Position numbers and translations under genes: made by a program. 64,000 nt of DNA from Felis catus (lineage: Eukaryota). The notes beneath the pieces were generated by a model that was given only the letters and a program-made list of their open reading frames with translations, did not search any database and was not told where the DNA came from. The DNA lies in NCBI RefSeq assembly GCF_018350175.1, contig NC_058383.1, positions 18,538,001 through 18,602,000 on the forward strand. Reading direction: 5' to 3'. Shown piece after piece: positions 1 to 12,049 of this stretch (position 1 is the first letter of the stretch; every line of letters begins with the position of its first letter).

Positions 1-115
1 GGAGAGGGGAAGGAAGAAAATGGAGGTGGGAGAGCAGGGGTGAGAGGGTGATGATTTATAAAATAAAATGCTCAGGTCTTTAGTGTTCAGTTTGATGAGT
101 CTTAACAAGTGTATA

Positions 116-627
116 TGGTTGACTCTTGAACAACATGGGTTTGAACTGCACTTATATGTGGTTTTTTCGATAAATGCAGTACAGTACTCTAAACGTATTT
201 TCTTTTTGATTTTCTTAATATTTTCTTTTTTTTTAATGCTTATTTATTTTTGAGAGAGCGTGCATGAGCAAGGGAGAGGCAGAGAGAGGGAGAAAGAGGA
301 TCCAAAGTGGGTTCCGCACTGACTGCAGAATGCCCGATGTGGGGCTCAAATCCATGAACTATGAGATCGTGCTCTGAGCTAAAGTCAGACACTTAACCAA
401 CTGAGCCACCCAGGTGCCCCTCTTAATATTTTCTTTAGCCTACTTATTGAAAGAATACAATATATAATAAATCTAACGTGCGAAATACATGTTAATCAAC
501 TGTTAAGACTTCTGGTCAACAGTAGTCAATTTGTAGTGAAGTTTTTGGGGAATCGAAAGTTATATTCAAAGTTTTGATTGCACAGGAGGTTGACACCCCA
601 ACCCCTGTGTTGTTCAAGAGTCAACGG
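116..627 (+). mobile_element. Tigger2a/MER28-like DNA transposon (MITE), interrupted by a Can-SINE at about 222-420
   Basis: Terminal inverted repeats GTTGACTCTTGAACAACA / TGTTGTTCAAGAGTCAAC flanked by TA. Confidence 0.8.
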
Positions 628-869
628 TATATCTGTGTACCACCGCCCAAAACAAGATATAAAATATATCTGAAACTCTAGAAACTTCCCTTGTTATATC
701 TTTCTAAATACTCTCCTTACCCTCACCAGTCATCTTCTGGTTTCGAAATCTGTGGTAGATTAGATTTGCCTGTTTTCGAATGTCATAGAAATGGGGTCAT
801 ACAGTATGTATTCTTTTGTCTTCTTTCACTCAACTGTGTTCCTTGAGATTCATCCATGTTGTTTGCGTT

Positions 870-1011
870 ATCAAAGGTAAAGCCAGGGGCACCTGGGTGG
901 CTTGGTCACTTGAGCACCTGACTCTTGATTCCGGCTCAGGACATGATCTCACGGTTTGTGGGATTGAGCCCCATGTCTGGCTCTGCATTGACAGTGTAGA
1001 GCCTGCTTAGG

Positions 1012-1058
<47 letters not shown>

Positions 1059-1618
1059 TCCCCACCCCCTGCTCCTCCTCTGCGTGTGCATCCACGCACA
1101 CAGTCTCTCAAAATAAATAAACATTAAAAAAAATTTTTTTTTAAAGATAAAGCCAGATAGTAGTTCACGTGGTGAGGACAGAGTTTAATCAGTAATTAAC
1201 TATTCCAATAAGGAAAAGAGTCCAGAGTGAATGAAATTCAACTTCAGTTTGTACAGAGGAGATTTTAAAGAGAGAATGAGGGAGTAAAGTTGGGGGTGAA
1301 TAAAATCAGAAGTAAAAAATTACAAAAGCCAGAAAAGGTATTGGTTCATGTGAAACCACCTGGATTTGCTCACTGGGAGACAGGGACCTGATCTTTCAGT
1401 GTTGGCTAGAAGAAACAATGGATGCTTTTGGCAGCCTTGAGTTTTCTCGGGCAGGCACTAAGGGGTACCGGAATCATCCTAGGGGTGGAGCCTTGAGCTG
1501 TTAAAGTCTTCATTAGTGTTTGTTCAAGTCTCTATACAGTAAGTCAAGGTTGAAGCCTAGTTGAGAAGAGGGCTCGAGGAACCTGGCTAGAGTTTGGTCA
1601 AGGAAAGAGTCTTTGTCA
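870..1618 (-). mobile_element. MER31-like LTR, interrupted by a Can-SINE at about 885-1145
   Basis: Minus strand starts TGACAAAGACTCTTTCCTTGACCAAACT...; SINE flanked by AAAG(G/A)TAAAGCCA duplication. Confidence 0.65.
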
Positions 1619-3575
1619 GTGTAAAGTAGTTTGTTCCTATACATGTATGAATACACCATGATTTGTTCGTGTGTTCTCCAATGATAGAACATTTGAGTTG
1701 TATCGAAGTTTTTGGTCATTGCAAATAGGCTACAAGGGACGTTCTTATACAAGTCTTCAATTTCTCTCAAATAAATGTCTAGGAATAGAATTGCTTAGTC
1801 ACAGGGTGGGTATATATTTAACTGCTAGACTAATTTCCAAAGTGGTTTATCGCTTTACACTTCCCACCAGCAATATATTGAAACTCCAGTTGCTCAACAT
1901 CCTTGTTAACATTCTGTATTGTCAGTGAGGGTGAAAGAGCATCTCGTTATGGGTTTAAATTGCGTTTCCCTGGTGACTAATGATCTTAAGCATCTTTTTG
2001 TGTGCTTATTGGACATTCCTACATCTTTCGTGAACTGTCTGTTCAAGTCTTTTGCCCATTTTTGTTGTTAATGGTTTTTGGTTTTGACTCATTGGAGTTT
2101 ATTATATATTTTGGATAGGAATTCTTTGTCAGATAGATATATTGTACAAGTACATACATGGGTAGGAAAATTAAAATTGAAAATATTGACAATAGCATCC
2201 AAAAACCTAAACTGGGTAGGAATAAATATAATGAAAGACGCAAAACACCTTTACACAGAAAACCGTAAAACGTTGTCGAGAGAAATTCAGGAAGACTGAA
2301 ATAAATGGGAGATATGCTTTGTTCATGCATTGGAAGATTTGATGTTTTGAGATTCCTGTTCTCCCTGACTTGATCCGTGGAATCAGTGCAATCACCGTCA
2401 AAATCCTAGCCATCTTTTTTTTTTTTTTTTAGAAGAAATTAACAGATTGTTTCGAAAATGTATATGGAAACGTGAAGGGTCTTGAATAGCCAAAAAAGTC
2501 TTCAAACGAAGAGCAGAGTTGAAGAACTTAAACTGCTTAATACTGCTTAATTTGAAGACTTGCAGTAAAGCCACAGCAATCAAAGTCTTTGGCATAAAGA
2601 TAGATCAATGACACAGAATAAAGAGTCCAAGAAATAGACCAAACACAAGTACTGTTGGTTGATCTTCACCCAGATTGTCAAGCCAATTCAGTGGGCGAAA
2701 GGGACGTCTTTTTAATAATTCTGGGTAAAGTGGATAGTCAAGTGGAAACAAAATGGACCTTAGCCCCTACCTTGTTCTGTACACATTAATTTGGGATGGA
2801 TCATAAACCGAAATATAAAGGCTAGAACCATAAATCTTTTAGATGAAACCATGAGAGCATATGTTGACAACCTTGAGGTAGGCAAATGTTTTGGATACAG
2901 AACCAAAAAAAAGCACTAATTACAAAGGAAAAATGGATGCACTGAGAAAATGAACAGGCAAGACAGACTGGGAGAAAATATTCAGACTACATGTGCTTAA
3001 ATGTTTTATTTTTTCCAAAAGAACTTCAGCATTATTCAGGCCCATGACATCCTGTTACTATATTCTGTATTAACTGGGCTTTTTGTTTGCTTAAGTCAGA
3101 TATGAGACATTGTACCATGGGAACTTTCTGATTGACTTCTCCTACTTAACTCACCCTCTTGTGAATGTTGGTTCCTTTTTCATAAATGCCTTGCCCACTA
3201 GTCAGTGAGTACTTACAGTGGAGGCAGTAGATTTTAGATCATATTAATCCTTGTAAAGTAATTGGGTGTTAGCTGAAGCCAAAAGGCAATACCAGTAGCC
3301 TCTGTTGGGAAGAAACGATAGCCTGTGAGTTAATTGAGGCTCAGTTTTGTTTTGTTTTGTTTTGTTTTGTTTTATCTGATTCAACACTTAAGGCCTTGTG
3401 GATGTGTGAAAGACTTGTCCAAAGTAAGACAATGGAGAGTGGGGGTGGGGTGGGGCAGGGAGAAACCAGGCTCTAGATTAAAGCTCAGCACCCTTCCCAC
3501 CCTCCCCCCCACAACACGCTGACACAGAAGCTGGCCCTGATTCATAATTTAGTGGCTGTGCCGGCCTAGGTCTCT

Positions 3576-4220
3576 TTATTTCTGCTGCTCACGGGTCCAC
3601 TGCTCTGGGGTCAGAGTTTTCTGCTCAAAGGCATGGATGTGCAGAAGCTCTTCTGCTAGGCACGTGTTCACCAGCCTGGGGGAAAGATGGGGTTAGGAAA
3701 CGGTAGGTGGAGGCCTGAGTCGTGATCCCAGAATGTAGGGTGATCAGGGAGACTGGAGGTGTCTCCCAGGTTGTGTCCCCAGGACGTGCGGACCAAAGAG
3801 GAAGAGGGCCTAAGTGTCAATACAGGGGCCACGAAGGTGGCATCCTTGGGGTCGTGGTTCACCGTGCGGGGCCGCACTGGTGGGGGTTAGGGAGTTAGGT
3901 TGAGGGGAGTGGCCAGGGTTGTGGTCCCGGCGCTGGGGTCGCGCTGAGTGAAGGGCTCCCGGGGCCTCACCGGTGTCTTTGAAGCAGCGGCTTCCCCTCG
4001 AACTTGGCCGACACCACCAGGACTCGGAAGCTGGACGCGCAACGGTTGGGAGTCGTGTCCTCGACTTCCTATGGGGAACAACGGTGTGGGGAGTATGAAA
4101 CCCGCCCCTCAGGCCCTCTTTCCCCTTCGTTGGGCGAATCTAGACCGCTCAACTCACCACGTGCTCTGCCTCAAGGTCCCGCTGCAGCTTCTCCCGGAGG
4201 TACTCGGCGCTGAGTTCCAT
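3576..4220 (-). CDS. BOLA2: BolA-like protein 2 (cytosolic Fe-S chaperone partner of GLRX3), 3 coding exons, 86 aa
   Basis: Exons 4220-4158, 4068-3971, 3675-3576 with GT/AG ends total 261 nt. Translation MELSAEYLREKLQRDLEAEHV-EVEDTTPNRCASSFRVLVVSAKFEGKPLLQRHR-LVNTCLAEELLHIHAFEQKTLTPEQWTREQQK*. Cys31 and His68 ligands retained. Not in the ORF track because it is spliced. Confidence 0.96.
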
Positions 4221-4681
4221 TGCGGCAGCCCAGAAGGGGCGGCAGCCCAGCGGGGATGGAATCCCAGCTCCCACGTAGCCACACCGCTTCCGCCCTTACC
4301 GACGCCACTTCCGTCAGAGTCTCGACTTCCGCCCTTACTAAGGCGTTTGTAAACCTGGCACTTCCGCCCTCACGCAAGTCCAGCTTTCCAACAGTCCTAG
4401 GTTTCCGCGCTTACCATCAGCCAGCCAATCAGAGTCAGCCCAAGGACCGAATCGGGCGCTAATAAGTGCCCGCCGCCTGCACAGCATCCCGGGTCCCGTG
4501 GGCCGGTTTGGACACCCTAGCCCCAGTCAGTCAGGAGAGGGTGCGCGAATCTGCATTGCCGTGGCCTCTAGGGTATCTCGGGATCGCCTCCAAACGCTTT
4601 TTCCGAGACAGGCATCTTGCGGCCCTGGCAACTCAGTCCTCCCTAAGGTCATAGGCCACAGCAATCAACCCACAAGTCCCG
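4221..4681. promoter_or_regulatory. Bidirectional CpG-island promoter shared by BOLA2 and SLX1
   Basis: Divergent ATGs at 4220(-) and 4682(+), 461 bp apart; CpG-rich; CTTCCG ETS/GABP-type motifs at about 4287, 4308, 4326, 4361; CCAAT at 4425-4429. Confidence 0.8.
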
Positions 4682-7481
4682 ATGAGCCCTGGGGAGGACG
4701 CGGCGAGGCCCGGGCGCTTCTTCGGCGTCTATCTGCTCTACTGCCTGAACCCTCGGCACCGGGGTCGCGTCTACGTGGGGTTCACCGTCAACCCTACTCG
4801 TAGAGTCCAGCAGCACAACGGGGGCCGCAAGAAAGGAGGGGCCTGGCGGACCAGCGGGCGCGGGCCCTGGTAAGAGGGAGTGGATTGCTGTCTGGAGCAG
4901 GGCTTCCAGGGAGAGGCGAGGCTCTGAGGAGAGGCCTGCCGAGAGGGGCGGGGCCAAGCCAGTGACAGTGGGCGGAGCCGGTGCGGTGGCTGAGAGCAGG
5001 GCCGGGATGCGAGTTCCTGGTGCAATGGCACCAAGGGTGGAGGAGCACGGTGGGGAGGCGGAGCCCTGTGAAACTCGGCTGTGGGACTAAGAGGCAGGGA
5101 TTGAGTGAGAAGGGGACTGAGGATCTAGGGTTGGTCCGGTGACAGCGGCTGATGAACAAGGCTGGGGTTGTATCAGAGAGAGTCTGCAAGGGAGAGGACA
5201 GGGGGAGGGCAGGAGGCGGGGCCTGTGCTGGAGGCGGGGCCTGAGGTTGGCAGGTGTGAGAGGATGCACCTTCGCGAAGGGGGCGGGGCCTCGCGGACTT
5301 GGCTTGAAGCCTGGCATGAGGACTTCATTCTCAGGTGGGACTGGGGGTGAATCATGGCGAGGGGGTTCAGCTTGACGCGGGGTGAGGCGGGGGGGCTCAA
5401 CAGGCCGCGCCCTCGTTCTTTTCCCCAGGGCGATGGTGCTTATCGTGCACGGCTTCCCTTCCGCCGTGGCTGCCCTTCGGGTAAGAAAGGAGACAGGGAC
5501 GGTGGGAGAATGGGCTGGGGCTTCGGGCCTTCCCCTGGCGGCCCCTTCCCGGGGCGTCCCTGAAGCCCCTACTCTCCGCCCGCAGTTCGAGTGGGCCTGG
5601 CAGCACCCGCAAGCCTCACGCCGCCTGGCTCACGTGGGCCCGCGCCTGCGCAGCGAGGCCGCCTTCGCTTTCCACCTGCGCGTGCTGGCGCACATGCTGC
5701 GCGTGCCGCCTTGGGTGCGCCTCCCGCTCACCGTGCGCTGGCTGCGCGCCGACTTCCGATGTGACCTCTGCCCACCGCCACCGCCGCACATGCCGCTGAC
5801 CTTTGGGCCTCCGCCGCCCCGCGCCGCGGCCCCGAAGCGCCGCGCCGGACCCTTAGCTGACCTGGAGTCCGAGCCTGACCAAGATGCCGAGGCCTGCTGC
5901 GCCCTGTGCGCGCGCTCCTTCCAGGTGAGCGGCTCCACCTGGCCTTCAGGGTTCAGACGACTTGGGATCCAGCTGTTTATTGAGGGACCGGGCAGCCCAC
6001 TGACACCTTTTGCCCTCGTTTCTCAAATGGGGATGAGCCTACTTGCTGCCATTCCCCAGAATCAGTACCCTCCTGCTCAGGGCCTGTGCCTTTCCCCTTT
6101 GACTGTAAGGCTCTTCCCTAGACTTTCGGTCTTTATAAAGTGCCACCTTCCCCTTCTCCATGAAGTCTTCCTCGGCTCTCCATCTAAAACTGCAATTCTT
6201 TCTTGTACACTTCCTTGCCTTTTTTTTTTTTTTTTTTTTAACCTAAACACTTATTGTTTAACATGCTAGGTGTTTTATTCATCTTGTCAGTTTCTCCCAC
6301 CGCCCATACAAGGCCAGGTCTTGTTCACTGCTGTCGAAAAGGGTCCGGGAAAACAGACAATACATATTTAACAGATTAACTGAAAGGATGGGCCTGACTT
6401 CTTCGGAGCTCTCAGGAAATGTACATTGAGTACCTGCCATTCAGAGATTAAGTGACCTACCTGAGGTCGGTTAGCTGGAAGAACTATAGATGTGGCTGCA
6501 GTGGCCGTGCTGTTTATATAATCACTGCCCATGGGGCGGCCGGGTGGCTCAGTTGGTCAGGCGTCCGACTTCAGCTCAGGTCATGATCTCGCGGTTTGTG
6601 AGTTCCAGCCCGGCGTTGGGCTCTGTGCTGACAGCTCGGAGCCTGGAGCCTGCTTCGGATTCTGTGTCTCTCCATCTGTCAGCCCCTCCCCTGCTCATGC
6701 TCTGTGTCTGTCTCTCAATAATAAATAAACGTTAAAAAAATTTAAAAAATATATAATCACTGCTCATGCTGAGAGGAAACTGATTAGCTTGGTCTCTGTG
6801 GGCAAGTGCTGTAACCTCTCCGTGCTTCAGTTTCATCTATAAAATGCAAATAGCAGCAGTATGTGCCTCACAGGATTGTTTAATGCAAAGCCCCTGCAAC
6901 AGTATCTGGTCCATAGAAATTCTGAGTGTTTAGCTACATCATTCCTCCCGCTTTTCTCTCTTACCTGCCTACCACCTCTGACAGGATGAAGAGGGCCCCC
7001 TGTGCTGCCCCCACCCTGGCTGCCGCCTCAGGGCCCACGTGATCTGCCTTGCAGAGGAGTTCCTGGAGAAGGAGCCAGGGCAGCTTCTGCCCCTAGAGGG
7101 TCAATGCCCTGGGTGAGTCCAGCACCCCTGCCCCAGCCTGGCCTACCTTTGGGAAGATGGTGTCACTTGTCCAAGTCCAGGCCCAGGGCAGCTGAGTCCT
7201 TATCTTGGCACTCAGGGCCTAGCCTGGAAGAGGCTTGTGATCCTGACTGTGTCTCCTACCAACTGCACCCCTTGGTAGCTGTAAGAACTCACTGCTGTGG
7301 GGAGACCTGATCTGGCTGTGCCAGATGGGCACCGAGGAGGAAGAAGAGAACTTGGAATTAGAAGAGGTGAGAGGTGGCTTTGGCCCCAGCCTCCCCCCTC
7401 CCCCGCCCCACCCCCCCAGGCTGCCTTTGACCGGTCCTCTTGTTTCCACAGGAACACTGGACAGACATGCTGGAGACCTGA
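4682..7481 (+). CDS. SLX1A: Structure-specific endonuclease subunit SLX1 (GIY-YIG nuclease plus RING-like Zn finger), 6 exons, 274 aa
   Basis: Exons 4682-4869, 5429-5480, 5586-5924, 6985-7112, 7279-7366, 7452-7481, all GT/AG. Motifs GVYLL...[42 protein letters not shown]; ends [15 protein letters not shown] at 7543-7548. Confidence 0.96.
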
Positions 7482-8639
7482 TCCTCCGCCCACTGCTTGT
7501 TTGTGCCACTCCTGTGGGTCTGGGCGGTTTTTACTTGAGCACAATAAAGAGTCTTGCGTTAACGGAACTTCCTGTTGTTTGCTGGGGGCTGGAGGCAGAG
7601 GCCCTGCCAATCACTGGGGCCTGAAGAGCAGAGCAGAGGCAGGGAGAGGCTGCTGGCCTGTGTGGATGAGCCTCTCCTCTTTCTGGAGGCCCGGGTGCCC
7701 CAGCTGTCCCTAGCACACTTCTGACATCACACAGTGCTTTGCTTGGGGGACACACTCTTGACTCAGAGCCCATCCAAATCCAGTGCCCAGCTTGACTCTG
7801 GACTTTAATACAAATAGGAAGGACAGAGGCCAAGAGTGCGGTGGAAGGGGGAGGGTGATACTCTACCCCCATGGGGCCCCGTGGCTCTCTAAGCCCCAAC
7901 TCCTTCTTGTCTCTGTCTGCAGAGCCCCTTCAGACCCAGTGAGAGAAAAGCACCTTCTGGGGGCCATGGTTCTTTTACCAACCATGAATGAATCTCCATG
8001 AAATCCCTTGGGAATCATGAAGCTGGACTCACTCCCAGGGTTATTAGACTCCGTATTCTTCCTCCCTTTTCTGCTCCACCCCCGACTCTGTCACGCTGCC
8101 CACCCACATTGCTCTGTACTGGCCTTGCTGTCAGAGGTCAAGAGTAACAGTTTTTAGAATCCCTGGGCTGCTGGGGGCCTGTGCGCCACCCCCGGCCTGA
8201 ACCTTTGGCATCTCCAAGACTGGCCTGTCAGGAAGGTGAGTGACCCTGCTCACGGGAGTGTCCCATTTTTCCTCTCCACCCTGCCCCCTCTCAACTGGCT
8301 GGATCCATTAGAAAAAGCTGTTGGTTGGCCCGCCCTGCAGGGGTGGAGTTAGGAAGGCAGGTCAGGAGCCAGGATTACAGCTTGAAAAAACCCCCAAAAG
8401 ACAAAAATGAAAGCTTACTGGGCCCTCTTGTCTAGATTCACTCTTATTTTCTGCATGCTAAACCCGTATCTTGGATTTTCGGGTCAGTCTAAGCTGGGCT
8501 CTGGCTAAGGTGCTGAGGAGGGGAGCACAGGGGGGCCCTCCCACTCTAAACTCCACCCTTTCCTTCCTGGAGGACGGCCAGATCCCAGTGCTAGCTCCAG
8601 AGACCTCCCACTTTGGACTTAGAAACGCTTCAGCTCAGA

Positions 8640-8720
8640 AAGCAGTTCTGTACTCCCCACAACTGCACCCAGTAAGCCACAGCACAAAGGAGCCACAAGG
8701 CCAAGATCCAGAGAGGTGCG
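8640..8720 (+). other. SULT1A1: Probable non-coding 5' exon of SULT1A1
   Basis: Strong donor GCG|GTGAGT at 8720/8721; acceptor CAG at 9474-9476 just upstream of the ATG implies an upstream exon. A second candidate donor AAG|GTGAGT lies at about 8235. The 5' boundary is a guess. Confidence 0.4.
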
Positions 8721-9471
8721 GTGAGTGCTGGGGTGGGCTGGGCTGGGCCAGACCTCCCTCACTTGGCGTCGCTAGCTCCTCTCTCTCCAGATCCTCTCTC
8801 TCTGCTGCTGCCTCTGATGGCATGGCATCCTTGTGCTTTCCCTCGGGAAAGCAGTCTGCCAACCGCAACCCGGTCCGAAACCCCCTTCCGTGACTCCTCT
8901 CTTTTGCTCATCTACATCTCAGACTTTAGCCCCTAAAAGCAGCTCAGTTGCTCAGCTGGCTGTGTTTATCTCCGAGCCAAGATGGAGTGTGGTTGGACAA
9001 GTGGGGTCACAGGCTGGCCTTTGGGATGTTTCCACATGTGAGGGGCCCAAGGAGCTCCAGGGGACGACAGGGCGAGGAGGCCAGTGCAGTAGGCCAGGGG
9101 CTGAAGCAGGAAGTAGTATGAAAAAGAAAACAGGCGGGGACTTAGGACAGGCAGCCTCTAGAGTAGTTTTCTCAAGTGCACACTGGAATCTGGAGAGCTT
9201 CCCAAAAACTGGGATTGGGCCCCCAGAGTGATTTAACTGGTTTAGGGTGTGGCCCCAAGCTCTGGGATTTTTCAGGCCCTTCAGGTGAAGGTGCAGCCGG
9301 CGTTGTGACCCTCTGCAGGTTACGTGTGGCTTTGGACCCCAGCCCCCGCCGCTCGCTAGCCTTGTGAGTGGGGGCAAGTCACCCAGCCTTCAGTCCCTTA
9401 TCTTAAAGCAAAGGTTTCAGTAGATGGCGTGTTGTGATGTTAAGGGAAGTAGGCTGCACTCTGGCCCCTGA

Positions 9472-11712
<2,241 letters not shown>

Positions 11713-12049
11713 GTGGCGCTCCCCGAGGCACGCCCGCGGCCCCGCTGCTGTGACCCGGCCTGACCCCGGGGTCGAGAATAAAATTCCGTTTGTGTTAACA
11801 CCCTGAGTCTCTAATGCGAGCAAAGAGCAAACCTCAACTGAAACTAAATGCCTGCTGGGACCAGATGCGGCCATCTCCTCCGCGGCCTCCAATTCCCCAA
11901 CTTGTCCTGTCTGGAGGAGGGGGAGAAGGGCCTGGAAAAGCAAAGCCAAGGAGACATGGGCAAAGGGGAACAATATTTATTTGATCACAAAATCTTCTGT
12001 TGCACTCCCCTGTGAGGATGGCAGGAGATTTGGAGTCTGCCAGCCCACT

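Larger units (their letters stand above)
50..2995 (-). mobile_element. Old L1M element with inverted 5' segment, carrying nested insertions
   Basis: L1 3'UTR and ORF2 end on the minus strand (about 50-2145); ORF2 piece on the plus strand (about 2150-2995, KHLYTENRKTLSREIQED..., ending TGGGAGAAAATATTC). Confidence 0.7.

Noticed and set aside
5382-6269. 295-aa ORF as a single-exon gene
   Set aside because: It is SLX1 exons 2-3 read through an in-frame intron and into intron 3; canonical splice sites explain it.
6490-6735. Recurrent short ORFs of the type ...[38 protein letters not shown]
   Set aside because: Translations of Can-SINE bodies, not a gene family. Their tRNA-like heads are also not tRNA genes.
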